A stretch of 64,000 nucleotides of DNA from an uncultured Methanosarcinaceae archaeon (GCA_963733675.1 CAVTET010000001.1:256001-320000), one strand, 5' to 3'; shown: positions 1 to 11,531, counted from the stretch's first letter. Notes: generated by a model from the letters alone, not told the origin. Program-made: numbers and translations.

Positions 1-588
1 GAACCTATAAGGATTTTGAAATGCATTGATATCCTCTCAAAGACCTGTACTGAAATATGTGAAGGCCAGTGGCTTGATATTGAATTTGAGAATAGAGAAA
101 GGGTTACAGAATGCGAATATATTGAGATGGTGGAAAAAAAGACATCCGTTCTTTACGCAGCTGCAGCCAAGATCGGAGCTCTTCTAGGAGGAGCTTCTGA
201 TGAAGTTGCAGAGGCATTATCCGAGTATGGACGCCTTATAGGAATCGGTTTCCAGATGTATGATGACGTTCTGGACATGGTCACTCCACAGGAAGTGCTC
301 GGAAAAGTAAGAGGTAGCGACCTTATGGAAGGGAAGCATACTCTTATCGTAATCGACGCATTCGCGAAAGATGTAAAACTAGACATATTCGGCAAAGGAA
401 AAGCTACTCTGGAAGAAACGAATGAAACCGTCAGGATTCTAACAGAGTGCGGATCCATTGATTACGTAAAGAATCTTGCAATTTCATACATCAACGAGGG
501 CAAATCAAAACTAGATGCTCTGGGAGACTGCCCTGAAAAAGAGATTCTTCTCCAGATCGCAGACTACATGATTACAAGGGAGTATTAA
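1..588 (+). CDS. idsA: Polyprenyl (geranylgeranyl) diphosphate synthase, 3' part; gene begins upstream of the window
   Basis: GQWLD, KTS and FQMYDDVLD...GK..GSDL.EGK motifs of trans-prenyltransferases. Confidence 0.9.
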   Translation, partial: EPIRILKCIDILSKTCTEICEGQWLDIEFENRERVTECEYIEMVEKKTSVLYAAAAKIGALLGGASDEVAEALSEYGRLIGIGFQMYDDVLDMVTPQEVLGKVRGSDLMEGKHTLIVIDAFAKDVKLDIFGKGKATLEETNETVRILTECGSIDYVKNLAISYINEGKSKLDALGDCPEKEILLQIADYMITREY

Positions 589-1249
589 ATAGGGAACTCT
601 CAAATAACCGGAGCTTTCAGAGAATATGTGGTTAATTTGGGCTTCATAGCCCTTGTTTCAACAATTTTTTTTCAACTATTTCCCTCATTCATATTCATGA
701 TCAAAAAGTTTGATTTAATGCCTTATGAATGAGATTTCTGCTCCAGTGCCAAAACATATTGAAAAACTTCTGGAAGTTCAGGTAACTTGAAAATTCACAA
801 ATGTGGCATTAAGGCAATCTGCATCTTCAAACAATTTTCCAGAACATTGTATCTCATTCTCTGAGACGTAAACTCGCCAATAGGTAAGGAAGAAAAGTAA
901 GCTTAAAAACTGCAAATAAGACGTATGAGTATAGAACTTCTGGTTCGGATATGGAGTTTTAAAAACGCCGTAGTAAAATTTATCAGTCTGCTCAGACAGT
1001 ACATTACCAACTGGCTCATATACTCAGTAAAATTTCACCCATTTTCACGATTTTTGCAAAAAAGTAATGTTGAAAATTTATCTTTTTCTGACGCAGTATT
1101 CATCTCAATTCCCAGTTGCCAAAATAATTAAAAAAATCACTTGAAATTGCATTAAGGGCGATGAGTAATCTTCCATTTTCCATGGATTTAAATTACCCCT
1201 TTCATAATCCGTGGAAAAGTAAGAGTATTTTGAATTATGCTGAAAAAGG

Positions 1250-2780
1250 AGGAAATGTTTTTGATGCGAGTTTAAACTTATAAAACTTGAGCATCAATTA
1301 CACTTCTAGGAAGAAAAAGCAAACTAGATCTTTTCAAACCTTACAGATCTGAAAAACTTGATTAAAGCTTCTATACTGCTACTCGACTCTATCTAGAAAT
1401 CAAATAAATTGATTTTGAGGGAGGAAAAACTATCTTCAAAGGCTTTATTAAGAGAAGTCAGACCAAAAAGGGGTATCTGCTGTACTCAGCTATGAAAATA
1501 GAGCAGGAATCTCAGCTCAGGTAGAACTGATAGAAATGGGAGCAATTGAAATTGATGGAGAGGAAAAACTATTTTGCTTCAACCTGATTCTTGGATATTT
1601 CAGGATGATGTACTTTGAATTTACACTGAGAATAGATCCCCTCTATCTCATCAAGTAGGACGTATTTGAGTACTTTGGAGAATCAAAGGAGATACTCTAT
1701 GCAAACATGAAACCGGTTATAATCAGAAGAGCCGTAATAATCCAGATTCGGAATATACCCACAGTTCAATGATTTTTTTGTTCAAGCATTAAGGATCCTA
1801 CCCAGCTTATGTAAGCCTTGTAGGCCTCAGACAAACGGCAATATTGAAAATATAGAAGGGGGGGTCAAGAGGGGGAGATCCCCTCTTGGGAAAATGTTCA
1901 CCTCTTTTCGAATACCTGAACTCCAAGTTCACAAATCATTGAAAAGGGTAAATTCAACTGACCACTAAGTTCCCTATAAAATAATTTTGAACTTTATTGA
2001 GGAGTAGAACTGAACCCTTTGGGTTAGGTTCCTCATTATAAATTAGTCCATCAGAAAACCAGAAAAATCCCAACGGACTTTTTTATTACTTCTCTTTAGA
2101 ACAAATATTTTGTTTCTTACAGGTTTTCAGGAAAAAGCACAGAGATTCAGATACTCGAAGGAAATGTAGAAGTCTATATTCATTACGAAACTTTTGTGAA
2201 CAGGGAACAATTCTGGAAAATATGGACTTGCAAGAAAAAGGAACATTTCCTGGGCCTTCGAAGTGAGATCTTGAAGATTACTTTAAAATGCCATGAAATT
2301 TCGCAGATTCAATTGAACTTTTCAGGCTCCGAAGTTGAAGAGTGGTCTTTTGAAGTTTATGAAATTTTCAGTGGAGGAAGTTCATCATGAACAAATTCAT
2401 CTATTAAATACTTCACAATGACCTTCATTACCCAAAAACAAATACTAATGAAAAGGCCCTAAACAACTTCCTTAAAATTGGTACAAGGGGCAGCAAAAAA
2501 CAATTGAAATTTTTGATTTTTTTGAAAAAGAAAAAAAGCAGATATAAAATATTGAAACTGAGTGAATAATGAAAAGTGCCATTCTTTCTGTGAAAAGCCC
2601 ATAGAAGAAATTTATTTTGAGTTTCACTTGTATATTGATAAAAAAATCATCGACAACTTTGTAACCTTGAAATTTATACTTAATGCAAGAAATGTTGTTT
2701 TGTTCTAACCTTTCGGAGTTGGAAAATCACACATTATAATTGTTCTTGAAATTGAAGCAGTAAAGTAAGTATTTCTGTTT
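1250..2780 (+). mobile_element. Degraded IS21-family element (istA/istB remnants)
   Basis: Broken frames give KLDLFKPY and RPQTNGNIE (IstA-like) and NVVLF.PFGVGKSH (IstB Walker A); many stops and frameshifts. Confidence 0.7.
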
Positions 2781-2804
2781 ATTGCTTCTGGAGTGCAGAG
2801 GGTC

Positions 2805-3255
2805 AAGAATCCCACGTTCTTTATTTAGGGGGTGAAGTGAACCCTCGAATCATTTTGTTTTCGTTTAATCCTCTAAATCATCGCTTTTTTCTAAAATATG
2901 TTTTTTTGGCACTATGGTAAAAGGTGATTTCACCCAGATATGACAGGGATTTAATACACATTGTGATTAAATAGCTTTAGCCATAGTTATGGCCAGATCA
3001 TCTATTAAATAGTGTTTGTTCCTAAGTATTGACTCAATATTAATACTCAATAATCGAATTAAAAAATATTGCATGTCTATCTTCACTACTTTTTACGTGG
3101 AGCAAGGCTATGAATTAATACTATGGAAGTTGGAGAATATCAAGTTCACTTATTACTGGAATTCAATCCAGAAAAATCGGTATAAGAAGTAGCTCAATAC
3201 TTGAAGGGAGGTAGTTCTCACAGACTTTTCGGGCTTTATCCTGAACTGAAATAAA
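2805..3255 (+). mobile_element. tnpA: IS200/IS605 left end plus tnpA pseudogene
   Basis: AAGAATCCCACGTTCTTTA...GTGAAGTGAAC end motif followed by SYGQII..VFVPKY and AQYLKGGSSHRLF fragments. Confidence 0.7.
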
Positions 3256-3480
3256 CCAAAAAAATATAAGGCAACCAGAGCATAATTTTGAGATGTCTTC
3301 TAACTCTCGATTTTAGTTTGTGGGTAAAAATGAAAATATTTTATAAAAAGTAGTATATATTCTCCGCAAATTCTGACAAAAGAACATATACCGGACAGAT
3401 GCCAAGCACCAAGATACATATTTTTATTTATGTATCCATATTTGTGTCTGTAACTGTGGAAATAAGAAAAGTAAAATTTT

Positions 3481-5352
3481 TCAGAGTTTTCTTCTAACAA
3501 CAAAATACCCTGCTAGGATCAGAGGCAAGGATATTGTCATTAATATTTTGGCTACCTCTCTTGCTTGTTTTGCTCTATTATTATTCGAACTTCCGTTTAT
3601 TGCTACCTCTCCTGTCCTTCCCAGACTTCCTAGAGTATCCTTTAATTTTGATTCAGCCTGAGCTCCATTTTTTGTTAGTTCTCCTGGATATTCAGTTATT
3701 GCAAAGTAGGAAAATCCAGGCGTTTTAGATCTAAAATATATATAATCATTATCTTCTTCGACTTTTTCAGTGTATAGAGGTTCCCAACTTTTATTATATC
3801 GCTGGAGGACTAACATGGATTCTCTGACATTTTTATCGTGAATCCACGCTTTCTCAACTCTGAATCCTATTAACCCATTTTTCAGGGATGTAGAAAGTTC
3901 TCCCCCTTTATCCTCTATCCGTATATTTACCTGTTTATATATTCTCCCGAGAGGAAGCTTTGGAATAAAAACAGACTTGTTCTTGAGTTCTTCAACAGTG
4001 ATTGTTGCCTTAAGAAATGTTCTTTCTGCATCATATTCGATAAATAAAATGCATGTACTGTTTCCAGGGAAGTCATAAATTATATGATTACCGCTTATGA
4101 CATTCTTGGTGGCTAATTCCTTGAAAGCAACATTGACTTCTGGCTCTCTGGAAAAAAGGCTCATCCCTGAACTGCTAGAGTAACTGGAACTCCCATCTCC
4201 ATGGCTCGAATTTAAGATACTTATATTTGCAATATTTGAATTTGCAGTATGTGAATCCCCTATATTTGAATTTAAAGTGCTTGAATTTGCAGTACTCAAA
4301 TTATCGGTTCCTGAATTTCCGGTATTTGAATTTAAGATAATTGAATCCATTTTACTTGAATTTGTAGTATGTGAGTTTCCAATGCTCGAATTTTCAGTAT
4401 TTGAATTTGAAATATTAAAATCCATATTATTCGAATTCTCTGTATGTAAGTTTTTGATACTTGAATTTAGAGTATTTGAATTATCGATCCTTGAATTTTC
4501 GGTATTTGAATCTAAGATATTTGAATAACCTTTAATTGAATTCGCAGTTTGTGAGTTTCCAATACTTGAATTTTCAGTATTTGAATTTACATTAATTGAA
4601 TTTATAGTACTAGAATTAACAATACCTGAATGTATATTATTTGAGTTTCTGATATTTAGATCTCTAGCATTCAGATTATCTGTTCTTAGATCATTAGTAT
4701 TTAAATTAAAAATATTTGAATCCCGATTTCTTGAATTCTTAGTATTTAGATCTAAATTAGTTGGATTCCCAATATATGAATTCCCAGCATTTGAATTTTT
4801 GTTGTCCAAATATCTCTCTTTTGGGTATTCCCTATCCAAATAACCTTTGTCTGAATCCTTTCTGTCTGGATACCCTCTGTCTGGATATCCTCTGTCTGGA
4901 TACCCTCTGTCTGGATACCCTCTGTCTGGATACCCTCTGTCTGGATACCCTCTGTCTGGATACCCTCTGTCTGAATTCCCTCTGTCTGAATCCCCTCTGT
5001 CTGAATTCCCTCTGTCTGAATCCCCTCTGTCTGAACCCCCTCTGTCTGAATGCTCTCTGTCTGGATGCCCTCTGTTTGGATACCCTCTGTCTGGGTGCCC
5101 TCTGTCTGAATCCCCTCTGTCTAAATACCTATTGTCTGAATACCCATTGTCTGGGTATACTCTGCCTGAATACCCGTTGTCTGAATATACTCTGCCTGAA
5201 TACCCGTTGTCTGAATATACTCTGCCTGAAAATCCTCCGTATCTCAACTGTCCATCTAAAGCATATACAGTGCCTGTTATTATTCCAAGAGTCAGTAGTA
5301 CTGTTATTAATACACAGATTATAGAGTTGAGAAAATTTGCTTTCATTTTCAT
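3481..5352 (-). CDS. Secreted, C-terminally anchored PGF-pre-PGF domain protein with long pentapeptide-repeat region
   Basis: Signal peptide MKMKANFL...VYA; (DRGYP)n and (NSNTx)n repeats; KTPGFSYFAIT motif; C-terminal hydrophobic segment plus RRK. Confidence 0.85.
   Translation of the reverse strand: MKMKANFLNSIICVLITVLLTLGIITGTVYALDGQLRYGGFSGRVYSDNGYSGRVYSDNGYSGRVYPDNGYSDNRYLDRGDSDRGHPDRGYPNRGHPDREHSDRGGSDRGDSDRGNSDRGDSDRGNSDRGYPDRGYPDRGYPDRGYPDRGYPDRGYPDRGYPDRKDSDKGYLDREYPKERYLDNKNSNAGNSYIGNPTNLDLNTKNSRNRDSNIFNLNTNDLRTDNLNARDLNIRNSNNIHSGIVNSSTINSINVNSNTENSSIGNSQTANSIKGYSNILDSNTENSRIDNSNTLNSSIKNLHTENSNNMDFNISNSNTENSSIGNSHTTNSSKMDSIILNSNTGNSGTDNLSTANSSTLNSNIGDSHTANSNIANISILNSSHGDGSSSYSSSSGMSLFSREPEVNVAFKELATKNVISGNHIIYDFPGNSTCILFIEYDAERTFLKATITVEELKNKSVFIPKLPLGRIYKQVNIRIEDKGGELSTSLKNGLIGFRVEKAWIHDKNVRESMLVLQRYNKSWEPLYTEKVEEDNDYIYFRSKTPGFSYFAITEYPGELTKNGAQAESKLKDTLGSLGRTGEVAINGSSNNNRAKQAREVAKILMTISLPLILAGYFVVRRKL
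4855..5230 (-). repeat. 15-bp coding tandem repeat (TACCCTCTGTCTGGA-type, about 25 units)
   Basis: Directly visible near-perfect 15-nt periodicity. Confidence 0.95.
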
Positions 5353-5406
5353 TAGCCTCCGACCCAAAGTTCGTAAACAAAACCTTTTAAGATATAAATA
5401 ATAACT

Positions 5407-5650
5407 TAGGACTTACGTACTTGAAGTACAAAGTCAAGCTCATTGGACCTTGTGATCAACTTTAATTGTGGACAATTAATGGTTTAATGTCATCGGATTC
5501 TCAGATCAACCTTTTAGATCTCTAATTGACAAGCAATCAAATATACGACTTACGAGCTTGAAATACAAAATCAAGTATATAAATTCTGCAGTTCAAAATC
5601 ATATTTCAGACAATTTAACGGATTAATGACATTGATTTCGAAGTCAAAGT
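5407..5650. mobile_element. Degenerate copies of the TAGGACTTACGC-ended MITE
   Basis: TAGGACTTACGTACTTGAAGTACAAA at 5407 and CGACTTACGAGCTTGAAATACAAAA near 5547. Confidence 0.6.
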
Positions 5651-5729
5651 GTGTTGGTTTTAAATAGATGGCGACCAAGAGAATATTACCCTAGGAAATT
5701 GATTCAAAAGTGGGATGATTTAATATAAT

Positions 5730-7125
5730 TAGGGCTTTTGCAGTCGCGGGTTCTAAATATTTGTTCCTAAACTTCTTCAATATGATTATAAATTTAAAGA
5801 GATATTGATAAATCTCTTATTTCTTACGAATAATTTTAAAACATTTTATGAGCTTATGGCTAAATTTAGAGATTTATCAAAATATTCTGGAGTTGTATCT
5901 TGGTGGCTCATATATGCCTTTTCGATCACTGTATGAGTATTGGATTACTATCATAATCAATAAAGCCCGTTTCTGATTTTGTTATAACTTCATCCTCAGA
6001 AAAGCTCCCACTTAGAACATTGTATCTGCTCTATGGGACTCTTTTAGTCTAAACTGATACTTTCCAAAACCCAAGATTGTTTTATTCCCCTCTGATATTT
6101 GTCAATTTTTCAGGGTTTTTTAACCAGATCTTTACCCTGTGATTCCTTCCTATCCAACACGTCTGTAACCCATTATTGGTTGTCTTCGTTATTTGAAATA
6201 TCCTAAATACTTTCACAAATCCATATACTTTCAGATAAACCACAATTTTTTTATGAAAGGGATTTAAGATGTTTAGACCAGCCTATTTTTTGTCTTATCC
6301 GGATTCACCAAAATGTTTGATTTCAACTTTGTCAAAAATACCATTTTTTTATCCCTGAAGCTTTGATTTCCTTAATCTTGCATACACTCATCAAAAAGAA
6401 TGAATTTCGGTTTAAATCCACATTTTTTGGTTTCATCAAGCATATCAAGAAAACTATCATTCTTGGTTTTATTGCCTTTAACGATATCATATACTAAAAT
6501 GAAAAGATAGTGAAGTATTTTATGTAAAATCACAACTCTCAGAGAATTTCGATAAACGCCAATTTTTGGCTGGTTGCTTGCAAAAGATATATATATAATT
6601 TTATATATAAGTAAGTTGTTAAAATATGTGGTTTATCTTAATTTTACTCAAAAATTGTTGAGAAAGTAAATTTCACATCTGAAGAACCAAATTATACATA
6701 ATACACAAAAATTTGATTTTGAATTTACAGCAGTCTGCGACACTGCCAAAATAACCTCTAATATAAGTTAATCAACTAGCTAAATCAAGGTAATCAAAAC
6801 AACTCCATCAACAATAGGACGATATTTTCCATTCCACAGATCCAGAATAAAATTTATCCTTTCAGAATAAAGTTTATCCAATATTGTGTTGTCGACTATC
6901 ATACGACCTTCTTTAAGAGTAACGAATTCCGTTATTTTAGATCACAAATATCTCGCAGTTGAGAGTTGCTTTCAAATGAGATGGATCCATCTGAAAATCA
7001 TTGATTATAAAAGGATAGTGGCATTCAGCTTCATTTCAGCCAAAAACGATAAATTCAGCAACAATAAAATTAATTTTATTAGGTCTTATGTTGTAGTAGG
7101 GTTATATCACTACTCCAACCATTAT
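5730..7125 (-). mobile_element. Degraded IS701-family transposase remnant interrupted by MITE insertions
   Basis: Minus-strand fragments KEGRMIVDNTILDKLYSE...WNGKYRPIV and GFKPKFILFD...WYFLTKLKSN.LVNPD; degenerate end ACTGCAAAAGCCCT near 5730. Confidence 0.65.
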
Positions 7126-7152
7126 ATTAACTATTTGCAAATAAATATATTT

Positions 7153-7243
7153 TAGAATTTTTTGATAAATCTCTGATTTTTATGAGCCATTTTATATACT
7201 ATTTATGTGGCTATGAAGAAACTTAGGAGTTTATCGAAATCCT
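7153..7243. mobile_element. ~90-bp MITE of the GAGGATTTCGATAAA family
   Basis: Imperfect terminal inverted repeats; related to 5798-5888, 15030-15119, 38093-38199 and 49019-49084. Confidence 0.65.
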
Positions 7244-7814
7244 ATACAAGATCTATCGTTTGATGGCACTGGAAATAAAAAGAGTATTTTAGAAATAGAG
7301 GAAGCTATCTTTCGAATAGTGAAATAATAAACGATATAGAAAATTTCACGATTCAGCTTGAACAAAACAGTTCCAATAGCCATCTTTGCAGGGATGCATC
7401 AAAATCGATTATCATCTAATGAATTTTGAGTAGACTAACTAGTTGCTAAAAAATCAGGTGAAAATACAACCATTAGCGGGTAAGATTTGGCCAGAATTCC
7501 ACAAAAAGCACTCAAGGTACATAGGAATCTTCACACTTGTTTTTACAAATGTAAATCGTTTATGAGATAAATATAATTACAAAAACTGCAAGGAAAAATA
7601 AAGAATTTTTAAGACATCTCTTGGATAATAAAAACTCTAAGTAAAATATCTTTCATTTGGAACCAGAAAGGAAAATCTATTCCAAAAGATACAACTATTT
7701 TACCCTTTTGAAAGCTGATTCGTATAGAACAAGGTTGTACCACCCAAAACTTATATAAATGATGATGTGTCTATGCAGTTGTACTTTGGTGTAATAAATG
7801 AAACATAACAAAAC

Positions 7815-7888
7815 GGGCTCGTGGTCTAGACGGTTATGACGTCGCCTTGACATGGCGGAGGTCCTGAGTTCGAATCTCAGCGGGCCCA
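7815..7888 (+). tRNA. tRNA-Val(GAC)
   Basis: Cloverleaf; GGGCTCG/CGGGCCC acceptor stem, TTGACAT anticodon loop, GTTCGAATC T-loop. Confidence 0.95.
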
Positions 7889-7973
7889 CTGAAACGTTTG
7901 AATGTTTTAAATAAAATTAGAGAGCATTATCTTTTTAAGTAATCTAAAATAGGTATATTTAAAGTCTCTGTTT

Positions 7974-8048
7974 GCCCAGGTAGCTCAGTGGGAGAGCGCT
8001 GCCCTGAAGAGGCAGTTGTCCCCGGTTCGAATCCGGGTCTGGGCACCA
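7974..8048 (+). tRNA. tRNA-Phe(GAA)
   Basis: Cloverleaf; CTGCC-CTGAAGA-GGCAG anticodon arm; encoded CCA. Confidence 0.95.
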
Positions 8049-8052
8049 CCTC

Positions 8053-8124
8053 ACATCAGTAGTGTAGCGGTCATCACCGGGCGTTGCCAACGCTCGAACC
8101 CGGGTTCGAATCCCGGCTGATGTA
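8053..8124 (+). tRNA. tRNA-Gly(GCC)
   Basis: ACATCAG/CTGATGT acceptor stem; GGGCG-TTGCCAA-CGCTC anticodon arm. Confidence 0.93.
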
Positions 8125-8460
8125 TCAAAAAAGGTTATTTACAGACTTTTTATTATTTATTTTTCCAAACATTTCTTCAAAATTTATGCATTTATGAACA
8201 GATATTTATATATGCCATTGCGTTCACTACAACTACTTTACATCTAAAATATATACTCAAGTTTCATTTTATGTTCCAACATTTGCTTTTTTTCCGTTAA
8301 CTTTTTAAACTGGATCGTGCACATCGTTAACATTTATTTTTTATTTAATTTTTAACTAATGGTGATTAGGCAGCTGTAAATCCAAATTTGTTAACCAGCC
8401 TATCGTTAACCAAAAATTAATTAAAACATTAAATCATCTTATTAGTTGGTCATATATCTC

Positions 8461-8665
8461 GAAGAGCCAAAAAGTCTGATTGAAGAGATCTATACCAACT
8501 ATGTTGCAGACCTGAAAAGTCATAGGAGAGCTAAAAATGTCCGGAAAGTTCCAGAAACGAGATGCAGAGCGGAAAGGTATTAGAAAAGAATATGAACTGG
8601 AGCAGAAGTTAATAAAAGAAATCGTAGATGAAATTCAGGTAAGCGGCGGTGGATCCATTAAGTGA
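8461..8665 (+). pseudogene. 3' remnant of an unidentified gene overlapping the SAMP start codon
   Basis: Coding-like purine-rich stretch ending ...KEIVDEIQVSGGGSIK*; its stop overlaps the next GTG (GTGA). Confidence 0.45.
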
Positions 8666-8874
8666 GTAAAGAGGTACACATAAAAATCCAGGCTGGAGAT
8701 ATTTCAGAGCAGACTTTAGAAATTGCTGAGAATACTACCTACGAAGATCTGCTCGATCGATTGAAAATAAATCAGGAAACTGTACTTGTGTTAAGTGGAG
8801 GTAATGCAGTTCCCCTTGATGGAACAATAAGTTCCAAAGAGATTACAATCCTGAAAGTTGTAACTGGAGGGTGA
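8662..8874 (+). CDS. Ubiquitin-like MoaD/ThiS (SAMP) family protein
   Basis: 70 aa, beta-grasp-like, C-terminal VVTGG di-glycine. Confidence 0.88.
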   Translation: MSKEVHIKIQAGDISEQTLEIAENTTYEDLLDRLKINQETVLVLSGGNAVPLDGTISSKEITILKVVTGG

Positions 8875-9342
8875 TTTGCTTAAAAAAGTGTTTGCCATCA
8901 TTAATTATAACTTTTTTTCAATTGTAACTTTTTTCACTTGTCTATTGTTATTGTAAGTTTTCTCGTTTACCGACAAGTTTTAGAACTTTTTTCACAGTTT
9001 ATAGCATTTGCCTAGTTTTTTATGGAATATAATTGTGGTCTTCATTGTGATATCCTTTACTAACTTTGCCCCAGTCAAGTGGACTAAATTGTAAGCAATT
9101 ATTTTTGTCGTTTATTTATATCCGGATGATGTTTAAAAAAATACAAATGTCCGTAAATTCCCTGATTTCCACTTTGAATACATAATTCAATATTCTCGAT
9201 AAGTGCATTTTTAAATTTAATCTTTTTCATCCTTATGAGGTGATATAATCTTAGCTATAAAATATTTTAAGACTTAGATATTCTCGATTGATAAAAATAC
9301 AAAAATAGATATTGAAATTATCACAATTATGGCAAAAGAGAA

Positions 9343-9372
9343 TGGTGAGAGCCCTTGAGAAAGTTCTCGCCA
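9343..9372. terminator. Hairpin between convergent SAMP and radical SAM genes
   Basis: TGGTGAGAGC / GTTCTCGCCA 10-bp stem with G-U pairs. Confidence 0.35.
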
Positions 9373-9451
9373 CATACTTTTATGTTGAATGAGATCTAAA
9401 ATATCAGAGAAAAAAGCTCAAAAAATAACCCGCTAGTATATTACCTTGAGA

Positions 9452-10678
9452 TCATCTTTTATATACCTTTTCAAAAGGATAGGGCAATTTTGCCTCTGCA
9501 GGAATTCTATCAACGAGTTCCATAAACTCGGGGTCACGCATCGGGGTCACATTTTTTTGACTCTGGAAATAGGGATAATTTCTGATTTTCTGCCAGATTT
9601 CTTTCAAGGATTCTTCTTTTACATTCCCAAAACTGAAAGGAATATACGGACTGGGCGTTACGTCTCCATATGCTGTAATATGCATCCAACGCCTTCCTGC
9701 CATAGCACCCAACATTTGTCCTTCAAAATAAGTGTTTGAAAACATTCGAAGGCCTTCACGACTGGAATTTATCCTGTGGTACATCTTTAATATATACTTA
9801 CGGTTCTCTTCAGTAAGTACAGGTTCTGCCCTGGTTTTTGGCATTGCTTCCCAGACTGAGAATTCATGCACACCCAATTCCGATGCAAGGTCATATAGAG
9901 CAGGAAGTTCATGTATGTTTGAAGGAGATACATGAGTTGTCATTACGACCATTAGTCCTGCTTCAAGTGCCATTTTTATGGCAGATGTTGCTCTTTCAAA
10001 CGCTCCTTCAGACTTCCGTATTACATCGTGTTTTTGAGGATTAGTTGAGTAAATGGCCACCATAATAGAATGAAGCTCTTCTTCTTTCAAACGGCAGGCA
10101 ATTTCTCTTGAAAAATCAGTACCCCATGTGGAACAGTTCACTATAGCATTTTTTTTATCCACATACTTGATGAATTCAAATACCTCTGCCCGTAGTAGAG
10201 GATCATTCTCTGTAAAGGTAATAATGAAAGTACCAAGTTCGAGAGCTTCGTTAATTATTCTTTTAATAGTACCTTTATCCATTTCCTCTGAGACCGTTTC
10301 AGGCGGATATCTAGAACTATTCTGGCATGTGAGTTCAATTGATATCGTTTCTGGGATGTATTTCCCTAGGGCTATTTGCATTTCTGCAAGAATGAGACGT
10401 TTGAACACAGAGCTCGGTATTGGTGGAAGCCAAGCCGAGGCAATTACTCTGTCTTCCTGTACAAGGGCTAGTTTTTCCTTTTGCAGGCGAGAATTAATCT
10501 TCTTCAGGATAGGGTTGCAAACTCCTTTCAGAGTTCCTGTTGCTGTAAGTTCCAGGGTATTTCTAACATGCTGGAGGTTTACAGATAGTCCTGGAAAGGA
10601 GATAATTTCTAAATTTTTTTCATCTACTAGAGGACTCCTCAATGGGAAGTCTGAGATATTCTTTTTCGCAGAAGTCAT
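9452..10678 (-). CDS. Radical SAM/SPASM-family homolog lacking the CxxxCxxC and SPASM cysteines
   Basis: PETISIELT, ITFTENDPLLR, HDVIRKSEGAFERA and GDVTPSPY..FSFGNVKEESLKEIW match the rSAM/SPASM layout; Cys motifs degenerate. Confidence 0.85.
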   Translation of the reverse strand: MTSAKKNISDFPLRSPLVDEKNLEIISFPGLSVNLQHVRNTLELTATGTLKGVCNPILKKINSRLQKEKLALVQEDRVIASAWLPPIPSSVFKRLILAEMQIALGKYIPETISIELTCQNSSRYPPETVSEEMDKGTIKRIINEALELGTFIITFTENDPLLRAEVFEFIKYVDKKNAIVNCSTWGTDFSREIACRLKEEELHSIMVAIYSTNPQKHDVIRKSEGAFERATSAIKMALEAGLMVVMTTHVSPSNIHELPALYDLASELGVHEFSVWEAMPKTRAEPVLTEENRKYILKMYHRINSSREGLRMFSNTYFEGQMLGAMAGRRWMHITAYGDVTPSPYIPFSFGNVKEESLKEIWQKIRNYPYFQSQKNVTPMRDPEFMELVDRIPAEAKLPYPFEKVYKR

Positions 10679-10922
10679 TTTTTTCTCCCAGATTCCTGAT
10701 TTAACTGCTGAATATCCATAATAGCCTTTTATTTCCTAGTTGAACTCCAGAAGATCTCTAATTAAAAATCAGCTGAACATTATTTTAGAACTTCAAAAAT
10801 AGGCAATGTATGGTATGAGAGTCTGGAGCCTGAGAATAAAGACTTAAACTATCCAGGCACGAGAAATGAATACAAAAGTAGTCGTCCTGGATTTCCTTAG
10901 TCATGTTTAAAAAGCTTAAACC

Positions 10923-11531
10923 TCAAACTTTTTCTGAAAAGGCAAGATTTCCACTAATCTTCTTTATTTTTACCTTGACGACGTCGCCTTTTGCGGCCCC
11001 CGGCACAAAAACAGTGTATTTATCTATTTTTGCTATCCCATCACCTTTGGATCCCACTGCATCAATCCGAAGTTCATAGATTCCACCTTCTTCGATAGCA
11101 TCCCTGACAACCACGTTGCTGACCTTTCTCTTTTTGACAGGTCTGTGAGCTCCGCAAGCAGAACATTTCAAGATAAGTACCCTTTCCACCCTAACAAGCT
11201 GAGTATCGGGGCGTTCGCATTCTGAGCACATGACATACTCGTCAACATAAGCATGTATGTTATCAGTAATTTGAGCTCTCGTGAACCTTCCCTGGAAGAC
11301 TGCACGTGTGCCTTCTATCTTACCTGCAGTCCCGAGCTCCCTGGTGAGATATTTCATCAGGTGATCAATGTCACGGTTAAGGATATCTGCAATATTTCCA
11401 AAGTTATCCAGAATTGTGGTCTTGCCTTCAGAAAATACTCTGGGCTCAGGGATTACGAATCGAGCATCTGTAGTCTCAATATCAGGCATTTTTGCAATTG
11501 CACGGTTCAAAAGCTCTTCGTAATCGTACAT
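10923..11531 (-). CDS. eif2b: Translation initiation factor aIF-2 beta with C-terminal TRAM domain
   Basis: ELGTAG, CSEC..PDT..CSACGA Zn ribbon, TRAM motif GSKGDGIAK. Confidence 0.95.
   Translation of the reverse strand: MYDYEELLNRAIAKMPDIETTDARFVIPEPRVFSEGKTTILDNFGNIADILNRDIDHLMKYLTRELGTAGKIEGTRAVFQGRFTRAQITDNIHAYVDEYVMCSECERPDTQLVRVERVLILKCSACGAHRPVKKRKVSNVVVRDAIEEGGIYELRIDAVGSKGDGIAKIDKYTVFVPGAAKGDVVKVKIKKISGNLAFSEKV

Noticed and set aside
4855-5230. Possible CRISPR array
   Set aside because: Contiguous 15-bp units without unique spacers, inside a CDS; no cas genes in the window
4761-5401. Plus-strand ORFs with (CLDTL)n and (SGYPL)n repeats
   Set aside because: Antisense shadows of the 15-bp repeat in the PGF-pre-PGF gene; no independent start or RBS evidence
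7695-7889. 64-aa minus-strand ORF
   Set aside because: Antisense to tRNA-Val
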